Below are positions 48,059 through 56,492 of a DNA stretch of 56,492 nucleotides, piece after piece (positions within the stretch are counted from its first letter, which is position 1; each line of letters starts with the position of its first letter). Location of the stretch: positions 1 through 56,492 of the IMG/VR virus record IMGVR_UViG_3300023284_000467. One strand, written 5' to 3'. Made by a program: the position numbers and the translations under genes. Below the pieces are notes generated by a model. The model saw only the letters and a list, made by a program, of their open reading frames with translations. It had not been told where the DNA came from and ran no database searches. The stretch is from a virus. Lineage: Duplodnaviria; Caudoviricetes.

Positions 48059-49489
48059 TCAGAATATCTTGCCAGTCGCCATCGTAAGCTCTTTTTTTAC
48101 AACGTCAGACAGCGTTTCCTTCAGTACGTTTATGTCCACGTCGAACGTCTCTTCCTTTTCAACAATCGGATCATCCTCCAGCAGCACCAGAACCTCATCC
48201 CCGTCTGGTTCATTTATTTCCTGCACTTCAAGTTCAGGTTTCGCTACTACTGGCTCCTGTATGGTCTCTTGTTCGGGTTCGGCCTCACGCTCTGCTTCTG
48301 CCAGAATCTCTTGAAGCGCAGTAATCGCTTTCCCGAGACGCTCACGGTTCTTCTTGGACAACACCTGGCCGGATTTCTCTACTTCCTCAATCTCACAAAG
48401 CGCACCACCGGAGGCTTCTATCACCGAGAAATGTCCATTTTCACCAGGAATTACAAAATTCTTACGACGGGAGCAACTCTCGAAATCAGACAGCGGTCGC
48501 TGGCGTAATTCAATGAAATCACCGTCTTCAGTGATCACATCGGTCTCAGCCTGCGACCACTCCAGCACCTGCTCCATCGTCCACTTACTGATCGGGAAGT
48601 ACAGACATTCGATCTCGAAAAGCTCCTCTTCCAGTGCTTCGATCTGTTCTTCAGCCTTCACTACCACTTCAGGCTCTGGGACTTTTTCAGGCTCTAGCTC
48701 GGGTTTCTTTTCAACGACTTCCTCAACCTCTTCCTCCACTTTCATACCAACGCTGATAATCTTCTTCCCATTCAACAAAAGCACCATGTTTTCTATGTCT
48801 TTGCGGGGAAGCCAGATTCCACCACCATCTTCATCAAGCACCTTCTGACACCACTCCAGATACGGCCCCGTGTTGATCCCAGCAGATCTAGCTTCTATCA
48901 ATGCTTCAGGGTTGGACGGAACCGGCACAATCGAATACTCCAGCAATTCTTGTTTGCTGAAGTCGACTCCTTTGCGCTCCTCGTTAAACACCCACTCCTT
49001 CGGCTGAAATCCAACAGACGTGGCATTCAAGAATCCACCCTTCAACATCTGATGAACCATATGCGACTTTTCGTTCATCTCTTGAGGCATGAACTCAGCG
49101 GTACTGATCAGCTTACTGCTCTTGTCCGGCCCAGCGGCCTTAACCTCCACGATTTTATGCTGGATGCTACGAGCAACGGGTGGTTCATGGTAATTGTGCG
49201 CCCACAAAACAACGGGATTCTTCTTGAAATTCTTCAGATCCCAGCCCTGCGGATCAATCGTGTCACGGTCCCGATCAACCGCTGCAGTCGAGATCGTAAA
49301 TCGAAGAATGCGGCTGGCATCAACTCCAGAGGCTTTAAAATCATCCGACAATTCGGAAGGCTCGATCTCCTCGATCGATTCCGTCTCACCGCACGGCAAG
49401 ACAACATCCTTCGAAGCTTCATTCGTGCGGGCTTGTTCACGCCAATTCTCGATGGGCATAAAAGAAACATTTACATTTTTTCTTTTCAT
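48059..49489 (-). CDS. HK97-type prohead protease with long acidic C-terminal extension
   Basis: DRDRD, NPVVLWAHN, SVGFQP, LLEYSIVPVPSNPEA; start moved to MKRK. Confidence 0.92.
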   Translation of the reverse strand: MKRKNVNVSFMPIENWREQARTNEASKDVVLPCGETESIEEIEPSELSDDFKASGVDASRILRFTISTAAVDRDRDTIDPQGWDLKNFKKNPVVLWAHNYHEPPVARSIQHKIVEVKAAGPDKSSKLISTAEFMPQEMNEKSHMVHQMLKGGFLNATSVGFQPKEWVFNEERKGVDFSKQELLEYSIVPVPSNPEALIEARSAGINTGPYLEWCQKVLDEDGGGIWLPRKDIENMVLLLNGKKIISVGMKVEEEVEEVVEKKPELEPEKVPEPEVVVKAEEQIEALEEELFEIECLYFPISKWTMEQVLEWSQAETDVITEDGDFIELRQRPLSDFESCSRRKNFVIPGENGHFSVIEASGGALCEIEEVEKSGQVLSKKNRERLGKAITALQEILAEAEREAEPEQETIQEPVVAKPELEVQEINEPDGDEVLVLLEDDPIVEKEETFDVDINVLKETLSDVVKKELTMATGKIF

Positions 49490-49498
49490 ATCCTCACC

Positions 49499-49534
49499 AA
49501 AAAAAAGCCCCACACTGGATGCAGTGCAGGGCTT
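49499..49534 (-). terminator. Intrinsic terminator
   Basis: AAGCCCTGCACTG-CATC-CAGTGTGGGGCTT, a 13-bp stem running into T8. Confidence 0.8.
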
Positions 49535-49567
49535 CGCTAAGTTGCGGTTGGCCGGACGACAGATTTT

Positions 49568-49759
49568 CTACAATGCTATACGCTTTTCTGTTCTGTTGTC
49601 AAACGCTTTCTGGGCACCAACCTCAACCGAGGATTCCAGGTGCTCCCTGGTATCAACAGACTTAAGTCGGCCATTGAAAAAATTCAACGTAATCTGGCCG
49701 GTTCTACCCCCTGTCATAAACTTTGTCAAGAGTTCTTTAACAAAATCGGGTAGAATCAT
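49568..49759 (-). CDS. Small protein (DUF2292-like) coupled to the portal fusion
   Basis: TGQITLNFFNG; ATGA overlap. Confidence 0.6.
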   Translation of the reverse strand: MILPDFVKELLTKFMTGGRTGQITLNFFNGRLKSVDTREHLESSVEVGAQKAFDNRTEKRIAL

Positions 49760-52700
49760 TCGCCCTCAACCGGATCGCGCTTCGCTCGCAGGATCTGAAG
49801 CCACTCTTGATTCTCTTCGACTGAATCTGGATCTTCTGTTATCACTGCAACATCCTGCTTCGTTACCCCTACCGCGTCACGCCTAGCTCGTCTCGTACTC
49901 AAAACCCTGGCCTTGAACTGCGTCTTATCGCCCAATATCACGTACTCACCCTCCCTAACGACACCAAATCCGGTCTTATACCAGCCCATAATATTTTCAG
50001 CCGGAACTTCCATCTCATAAACAAACGAACCGAAATCTCTTGCCACTTTCAACTTATCAGAGTAACTGGTCGCTGTCCCATTCTTCGCCTGGATAAACGG
50101 ATCTTGGACCAGCAACTTTGAATACTGAGAATCCCGTGGCGCTGCTGTGCCCTCGAACATCCCACGCTTCAACTTAATTTTTTTAATCTTACGAGTCTGC
50201 AATATTCGTTGCGTCACCTCATACCGAGCCTGCACCCACCGCTTTTGGATATTTATCCAATCCTGAATGTTAGCATTACTTAGTCTTCCAACAACAGGCA
50301 GACCCTGAGTCGTCCCCTGAAATTTACCCGCTTTATCTACGAGCCTCGTCAACGAAACACGCAGCGAGGCTCTGAGCCGCTCAGTCTCAATCAGTTCTCC
50401 GCCCCTCCAAAGTTGCCCGCCCCACAACTCCTGGGTCGCAGCTCGTATGGTGAATCCCATGTCTCCGCTCGGCGAACCATTCCAAGCCCTGGCATTTCTG
50501 AACACCGCAGCCGAACTATTTCGATCCGTGCCCCTCCAAATTTCAGCCATACGCAACATCGAATTGTTCGGATCTTCAGCCCGCGTCACATTTAAGGCGA
50601 TATCATCAATCTTGTCCTGTAATCGCCAGAATTGATCCTCGGTCAGACTCTTTTTCTTACTAGCCTCGGCCCATTTCTTTATCTCGTCTTTATCAAAATT
50701 GTCATCCACGTTCGTTCGAACAGCCCGATCAACACCAAATCTCCCGCCGCCAGTATCTGCTGTGATCTGCACTAGTCGCATGGCGCAACGACACATTGGA
50801 TGCAAAGGCGGATGATCTATGCCTTGAGAAAACGCTACATTTATCGGTGCTTCTTCACCATCTAACGTGAGACAATTCGGATCGGCTCGATCATCCGGCG
50901 TAGTGATCCATTTCTTGCCAGAATTCAACGGGATCAGACGGTCATCTTTAGCTTGCTTCCACAGCTCCATCTGACCACCATTCGCCGCAGCAATCATTTC
51001 CGTCCGAGCGATCGTCGTAGCTCGATCGCTGATCTTTTTACGAACAAATCCACGCATCAATCTATCTTGTCTGACACCAGTTATCCCACGGCCAGTGAGC
51101 GTTTCTCTTAGTCGCAGTCCTTGAGCTACCTGGGCCTGATTCAACCCGATCATTCCTCTGATCCGGCGAGCTGTTACATCAGGTGTCCCTCCTTGAACAA
51201 ACGATCGTTCCACAACCTCCGCAATCCCGCGCCTTGTTTCCGCCGTCACATCCCTAACCAATCTAGCTGTATTGTCCTGTATCCATTCTACGGATCTCGG
51301 GTTGACAACATCAAAAGCGAAAGTTACTTCCTGTTTGCTAACTGAGTCATCAATGGACAATTCTTCAACTTCCGGCGCGGACTCAAAAAGGACATCAATC
51401 GCACCTTCACCAGCCGCTGTAAAAGCTGCTTGCAGAACATTCTCCGCATCACCCATCTTTTCTTCAAACCCATCCACCGGGATAGCCTCTATCGCTATTT
51501 GCAGAGTCCCTGTCCCACTAAACGCATTTTCAAATGCTTGGACATCCATATCCAGGCGAGCTTGTCGAACAGCAACGAGAAACACATTCTCCATTCGACG
51601 CTGTAACTTGTTCGCTACTACATGAGTCAACTCATATGATTCATCATCGACCAGATCGAGATCGACCGGCAGCTCCTGCTTAACTTGACCATTCACCTTA
51701 ACGTTCCCATTCTTACTCTCGAGCGACTCCAGCATTGGATCAGGCGCCCTTGGCCCAATCGCCAGTCCCTCGAACTTCGTAGGCACCAGATTCATCGGAA
51801 CCATGTGAACATCACCAGCATCATTCTCCATCGGCTTGTGGCCTTGTAGCCGTCGCCACTCATCAGCACTCAAACTCCAAGGCGCTGCTTTCGCAGCATT
51901 CAACTGGTGCGCCTTATCCTCGGCAATCGGCGAAACGAAACTTAAAATCAATCTCTCATCGTATTCAGGCACAAGTCTCGTCTGCATGACCGATCGCAAA
52001 AACTCCAGTCTTGGCAGGAGCACCCATCTGGAAAATAAGAAATCAGCCGCATCAATCGTTGCACGGTTACTACTAGTCAGGATTCCAATCAGCTCCGGCG
52101 GTACACCGAACACCTGAACAATGGTGTCCCTTTCATGCTTCCGCAATTCGATCAACTGCATGTTGCGGAACTCTTGCGAAATCACCTGCACGTCGAGTTT
52201 CCGGTTCACAAAATGCGGCTTGAACGATCGCCAGAAACCCTGATGCTTGTTCAACCAGTCCTGCTCCATTCGCGCAGTTTCATCCTTCTGCAGACCATCC
52301 GCCGAAATAATCAGGTCCGGCCTCGCCTTATTGTAAAACCACGCCTTCGTATGCTTCGCCGCATATTCATCCGTCTCTAACTCATCTGCCAGTGAGCGTG
52401 CGGTTCCACTACCGCGGCCATACGGATTTTCTGGATTCGGATCACAAAACCATAGAATCTCCGTGTCGGGAATCTCGCCGCGCCATGAACGAAAGTTCAG
52501 AACAAAACTTCGTCGCTGCGGTGTTGGCGTCTCCGTTACCCAGCTCGGCGGTACAGGCCAAATCGCAACGGGAATACCGAACGCATTACGTTCCTTGATC
52601 CAGAACGCTTCGCCCACAAGATCTATATAAACCTGCGTGAGTTTCCGGGCGGACAGCCCATCTATAAACGGATTAGCACTATGCAGCAGATTCAGCAGCG

Positions 52701-53079
52701 GGTGCTCAACAACCTCTTCTAATTCCCCGTCATGTCTTTTTTCAGCCAGCAATCGCTCCCTGGTAACAATATCAGCGCGTTGCAATACCTGATTACGCTC
52801 CGGCTTACCATTCTTTCTGACAATAAACAGTTGCCACTGCACTGAAGCAATCGAATTCGCAACTTTGGTCGTCACCGCACGAAGCCAAGGCATCGTCGAA
52901 TACGCCTGCAGAAAATCTTTTGTGCCTCTATTCGGCGGTTCTCCAGTCGTACGACCAAGCGAAATGCCAGACAGCATACCGAATGCCGCTGAAGACGCAT
53001 CGCTACTAAATACACCGACCAGCGCCTTCCCTGCTAACGCCAGCCTTTGTCTAAACGAGAGCGATTCTACTTCGGCCAT
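49756..53079 (-). CDS. Portal + MuF minor head domain + ADP-ribosyltransferase-like fusion
   Basis: Portal: DLVGEAFW, FGVPPELIG. MuF: RATTIARTE, KKWIT..D, HPPLHPMCRC. ART: LKRG...SYS...AR.FG...EGEYVILG. Confidence 0.85.
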   Translation of the reverse strand: MAEVESLSFRQRLALAGKALVGVFSSDASSAAFGMLSGISLGRTTGEPPNRGTKDFLQAYSTMPWLRAVTTKVANSIASVQWQLFIVRKNGKPERNQVLQRADIVTRERLLAEKRHDGELEEVVEHPLLNLLHSANPFIDGLSARKLTQVYIDLVGEAFWIKERNAFGIPVAIWPVPPSWVTETPTPQRRSFVLNFRSWRGEIPDTEILWFCDPNPENPYGRGSGTARSLADELETDEYAAKHTKAWFYNKARPDLIISADGLQKDETARMEQDWLNKHQGFWRSFKPHFVNRKLDVQVISQEFRNMQLIELRKHERDTIVQVFGVPPELIGILTSSNRATIDAADFLFSRWVLLPRLEFLRSVMQTRLVPEYDERLILSFVSPIAEDKAHQLNAAKAAPWSLSADEWRRLQGHKPMENDAGDVHMVPMNLVPTKFEGLAIGPRAPDPMLESLESKNGNVKVNGQVKQELPVDLDLVDDESYELTHVVANKLQRRMENVFLVAVRQARLDMDVQAFENAFSGTGTLQIAIEAIPVDGFEEKMGDAENVLQAAFTAAGEGAIDVLFESAPEVEELSIDDSVSKQEVTFAFDVVNPRSVEWIQDNTARLVRDVTAETRRGIAEVVERSFVQGGTPDVTARRIRGMIGLNQAQVAQGLRLRETLTGRGITGVRQDRLMRGFVRKKISDRATTIARTEMIAAANGGQMELWKQAKDDRLIPLNSGKKWITTPDDRADPNCLTLDGEEAPINVAFSQGIDHPPLHPMCRCAMRLVQITADTGGGRFGVDRAVRTNVDDNFDKDEIKKWAEASKKKSLTEDQFWRLQDKIDDIALNVTRAEDPNNSMLRMAEIWRGTDRNSSAAVFRNARAWNGSPSGDMGFTIRAATQELWGGQLWRGGELIETERLRASLRVSLTRLVDKAGKFQGTTQGLPVVGRLSNANIQDWINIQKRWVQARYEVTQRILQTRKIKKIKLKRGMFEGTAAPRDSQYSKLLVQDPFIQAKNGTATSYSDKLKVARDFGSFVYEMEVPAENIMGWYKTGFGVVREGEYVILGDKTQFKARVLSTRRARRDAVGVTKQDVAVITEDPDSVEENQEWLQILRAKRDPVEGE

Positions 53080-53112
53080 TCTAAATACGCTACTCCAATC
53101 AACATCTTTTGT

Positions 53113-54951
53113 CTACCAAGTTTCTGCCGACGGCAACACACTCTCTCCGAATCGCGAATCGACACACTGTATCACTACCCCTGCAACAGCATCAGTCACA
53201 CCCTTATCTCCACCGGACGGATGATCAACCTTGCACTTCAATCGATCAAGCTCCAGTCTAACAGCCTCGTCCATAAACGGCTTATACTGATACAAGTTCA
53301 ATCGATTCTCGTTGATCGCAGCTTTCAGCTCCAGATACGGTTTCATATCAGCATCAACAGACAACGTGTACGATTCTATCCCGCGTTTACGCATCTCTTG
53401 CTGACCTTCAGCCGACTGGTAGCTATCGAACGTGACCTGCTTCATTCGGAAGCCGTATTTCTGAAGCTGATACAGAATCCCGCGCACTCCCTCCAGATCG
53501 ATTTCTCCACCAATCGGTGGCACAATTCTTAGCATCAAATCTATATGGATCAGCGGCACTTGCTCCTCATACAATTCACCATCGGGGTTGCGCCGCTCGA
53601 TCGCGATAACTCCGCCAAGACAACCTACGGCCAAACCGCACTCATCATTGCTAAGCGCGTAGTCAATATGTGCGTACCGCCACACCTCAGAAAACATCTT
53701 CGGATGCCATTTATCAGTCCTCTTATCAAGCTCAGCCAGACGCTCAGGCATCAGTTTGACCCCATCTTGGAGCGTCGTTTCCAGCGACGTAAACGGATGC
53801 TCCCTCAAACGATCAACGCAGTCATGCACACGAGTAAAATCCGTCAAAAACGGATTCATCGTCGACGTCGGCCTGCCAGCTATGTCTCTGATCGCAGCAT
53901 CAAGATCCTTCTCGAAGTCCCGCTTGAATTCAATCGGAACATCTACCACCTCGCCCTCAATCGTTGACTGTTCCTCATCACCAGTCAGCAACCGCGAGCG
54001 ACCATACATCCCGCCGATCTCAACTCGGAACGTCTCTCCAGAAAATACCTGATTCTTGGCATCCCACAGCGTATGAGACCTAGCAAAAATCTTGTCATCC
54101 GTCTTCGCTTCGACCTTCTTTTTCGCTGTAAAGTCGTCCGGATACTGAGACGATGACAACGCCAACACCTTACCCGGAATATACCCGCCCGCCATTAAAA
54201 ACCGGGACTTGATACGCCTACTGATCGTCTCATACAGTCGTTTCGGCGTATCGTACAGATCATTCACAGAACGGACCCGCGTCGAGCCTCGGATCACAGG
54301 CATGAAATTTATTTCATCAATACAACCCCCGTAAATATTCAAACCCAGAGCCGACGTATCGAGCGAGGCTAACGGGAGAACCTCTATGTTCTTGGGGAAT
54401 CTAAGCTCGATGATAATGTACGGATCGGGCTGGAACTGTTCCCTAAAATACGGCGACGCATCGATTCTGGCCTTGATCTCACCGAATACGACTTTCTTCG
54501 CCAGCGTCTTATTCACCGACTGGTTGACCAGATAAATTTTCGACCCCGGCATCATGCCATAAAACGCCTGCGGATCAGCGATACAACTCAGCCGATAAAT
54601 CATGTACGAGAACGCCAGGGACACGAACGTCGATTTTCCCCATCCGATAGCTCCGTCAATCACCCCTTCGACATAATCGCCCGTATCAAACAACTCGATC
54701 AAATCATCTCTGATCACGTCCCTGATGTTCTCAACATCTCCCAGGTAGTACGGATCTTCCAGAAACATCTTCATCGTCACAGGTTCCCGCTCGTATCCGA
54801 CCGGAGCCTGAATCTTTTTCAGCGTCTCACTATCACCTTGTTGCAGGAACTCCCCAACGATCTGTTCGGCAAGGTCACGAGCATCTTCGCTCGTAAGCTG
54901 GCTGATCATATGGTACAGTTCCTTCTGCTCGTCAGCGTCAAGAGATACCAT
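53113..54951 (-). CDS. terL: Terminase large subunit
   Basis: Walker A GAIGWGKS, Walker B CIDE, nuclease HIDYALSND, TFDSYQS, DHP...KGVTDAVAG; start likely MVSLD. Confidence 0.9.
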   Translation of the reverse strand: MVSLDADEQKELYHMISQLTSEDARDLAEQIVGEFLQQGDSETLKKIQAPVGYEREPVTMKMFLEDPYYLGDVENIRDVIRDDLIELFDTGDYVEGVIDGAIGWGKSTFVSLAFSYMIYRLSCIADPQAFYGMMPGSKIYLVNQSVNKTLAKKVVFGEIKARIDASPYFREQFQPDPYIIIELRFPKNIEVLPLASLDTSALGLNIYGGCIDEINFMPVIRGSTRVRSVNDLYDTPKRLYETISRRIKSRFLMAGGYIPGKVLALSSSQYPDDFTAKKKVEAKTDDKIFARSHTLWDAKNQVFSGETFRVEIGGMYGRSRLLTGDEEQSTIEGEVVDVPIEFKRDFEKDLDAAIRDIAGRPTSTMNPFLTDFTRVHDCVDRLREHPFTSLETTLQDGVKLMPERLAELDKRTDKWHPKMFSEVWRYAHIDYALSNDECGLAVGCLGGVIAIERRNPDGELYEEQVPLIHIDLMLRIVPPIGGEIDLEGVRGILYQLQKYGFRMKQVTFDSYQSAEGQQEMRKRGIESYTLSVDADMKPYLELKAAINENRLNLYQYKPFMDEAVRLELDRLKCKVDHPSGGDKGVTDAVAGVVIQCVDSRFGESVLPSAETW

Positions 54952-55327
54952 ACGTAATCCCAACACCCCCAGTAAACACTGCATCATCAGCCACGCCAGA
55001 TACCGTGGTCACCGATGTCGCGTCAGTGCCATTACTTGTACTTATTGTGATCGTGTCACCGACATCGATGATCGTCGGTTCAAAGATAATCGGCTGATAC
55101 TCCTGGTACGGCTGGACAGGCGTAAGCGGTGGATCAAATCTGATCACCGGATCGACTGGCGGCGGGTCAATCCAGATCTCCGAATCGACCATCGACTCCC
55201 CCACGATATCTGACAGTCCCTGAATCAATTCCCGATCCTTCTTCTGCGCAGGACTCTCCTCGGGCTGATGGGCCTCCTCCTCGATCCTTTTCAGAAAATC
55301 AAGCAACAACCACGGGTTCATTTTCAT
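54938..55327 (-). CDS. Hypothetical Pro-rich acidic protein
   Basis: AGGAGG SD; abuts upstream stop. Confidence 0.6.
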   Translation of the reverse strand: MKMNPWLLLDFLKRIEEEAHQPEESPAQKKDRELIQGLSDIVGESMVDSEIWIDPPPVDPVIRFDPPLTPVQPYQEYQPIIFEPTIIDVGDTITISTSNGTDATSVTTVSGVADDAVFTGGVGITYGIS

Positions 55328-55957
55328 TTAACCTCCTAACAACGGTAAAATCGTAGACAATCTATCATACCAGTCCATTTCTTCTTCACATATAACTTGA
55401 TGCACGGTTGTTCTCGACGGCAGAGCACCAGTCTCGCATCTGTACGTCGACTCCAAGAGATCAAAGCCCATTATATCAAGAAACTCCAAATCCGATTCCA
55501 CGATCCTACCATTAATCATCGAATTGACAACGATCGTATCGGTTCCATTCAGCGACTTCAATAACTCAAGCTCGTAAACAGTTCTCCCCATCAGATCACG
55601 TCCGACCAACGCGAACGGTCCCCTGATTCCGCCCCTCATATGATCTGGCATTTTGACATGTGGCTCCGCAATACCAGGCCAGTGAATCTTATGCAACTGA
55701 CTAGCACACTGGCGGTCGCTTTCCGTCAAACACTTTACGACGAGCGACAGATTCATTACAACCTGGTCATCTACTTGCGTCGCAGTCACCGTAGCTACGA
55801 TGATCATCTTCGGCACTGTACGAAACGTATTTGGGAATACCCACAGGAAAACAAGCCCCACCATCGTCAAACCAATCTTCAGGTTCGATAAATGGAGCAA
55901 CCATCCCTTTACTTTTTCGAATTTCGTCTGCGGTGGTGTCGACTTGCCATCCGCCAT
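55328..55957 (-). CDS. Membrane-anchored hypothetical protein
   Basis: N-terminal TM IGLTMVGLVFLWVF; TGATG coupling. Confidence 0.65.
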   Translation of the reverse strand: MADGKSTPPQTKFEKVKGWLLHLSNLKIGLTMVGLVFLWVFPNTFRTVPKMIIVATVTATQVDDQVVMNLSLVVKCLTESDRQCASQLHKIHWPGIAEPHVKMPDHMRGGIRGPFALVGRDLMGRTVYELELLKSLNGTDTIVVNSMINGRIVESDLEFLDIMGFDLLESTYRCETGALPSRTTVHQVICEEEMDWYDRLSTILPLLGG

Positions 55958-56172
55958 CAGTTACACCTATACCTCGGATGCTGACAAGGCACCCGATGCG
56001 GGACAGAACCACACTGACCCCACGCATTACAGACGTTGACGTACACGACATCGTACGGATGCTGGAATCCAGTGACCCAACAACCACCAAACACTCTGGC
56101 AGCAATAATCAGAATCGCAATGCTCAACCCCACCGCGATCCAGATTTTCATCCAATTCATCGGTGGAACCAA
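55957..56172 (-). CDS. Small Cys-rich membrane protein or lipoprotein
   Basis: Hydrophobic leader, VFGGC, four further Cys. Confidence 0.55.
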   Translation of the reverse strand: MVPPMNWMKIWIAVGLSIAILIIAARVFGGCWVTGFQHPYDVVYVNVCNAWGQCGSVPHRVPCQHPRYRCN

Positions 56173-56235
56173 CTACTCGAACCTCGCCCACACTGCAGAC
56201 AGGGCATGTACCGAACAGGATCTAACGCACCCTCC

Positions 56236-56469
56236 TTAAACCGATGCGGCAACCACCTCCTGACTATCGGGTTCCCGTACAGCAGGGTCCAAACCCAGTA
56301 CTTCGCGAAGCTTCTCCAGATCTCTGTCATAAGTAACTCCTTGATAGGGTCCGCGAATACCCTGAGCCACTTCCCACACGTCCTTATAATCAGGATCTTG
56401 GTGCACCTTGTCAAGCCATTGAATCAACGTCACTGCAGCATCATGCTCGGTCGTCTCTAACTGGGTCAA
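56236..56469 (-). CDS. Hypothetical protein
   Basis: AGGAGAG SD before TTG. Confidence 0.55.
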   Translation of the reverse strand: MTQLETTEHDAAVTLIQWLDKVHQDPDYKDVWEVAQGIRGPYQGVTYDRDLEKLREVLGLDPAVREPDSQEVVAASV

Positions 56470-56492
56470 CTCTCCTAGCCTTTTTCTGAGCC

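Noticed and set aside
48491-48538. Third copy of the shared peptide in the protease (VITEDGDFIELRQRPL)
   Set aside because: 9 of 16 residues match, but P, N and W are missing and it is internal; chance cannot be excluded

Overview
A 56.5 kb partial genome of a tailed dsDNA phage (siphovirus-type, HK97-fold head, GTA-like tail tip). Nearly all genes are on the minus strand. In transcription order (right to left): small membrane proteins, large terminase, a portal-MuF-ADP-ribosyltransferase fusion, prohead protease, capsid, neck, tail tube, frameshifted tail chaperone, tape measure, tail tip, about 19 kb of accessory virion or receptor-binding genes, and a lysis cassette. Next comes a non-coding control region with tandem sigma54-like sites, then an early region behind four near-identical sigma70-type promoters. 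The early region encodes a DNA ligase, SWIM and RarA-like proteins, a SprT-like protease and a divergent beta-clamp. It also carries a complete ubiquitin-like conjugation operon (Ubl, E2-like, JAB, E1) in the same apparent transcription unit as the clamp. Other highlights: a 16-aa peptide shared by the portal-toxin C-terminus and an optional ligase N-terminal leader, and three paralogous beta-rich proteins that may be chained by strand donation. All family calls come from motif recognition by eye; no database searches were run. No integrase, polymerase, tRNA or CRISPR array was seen.
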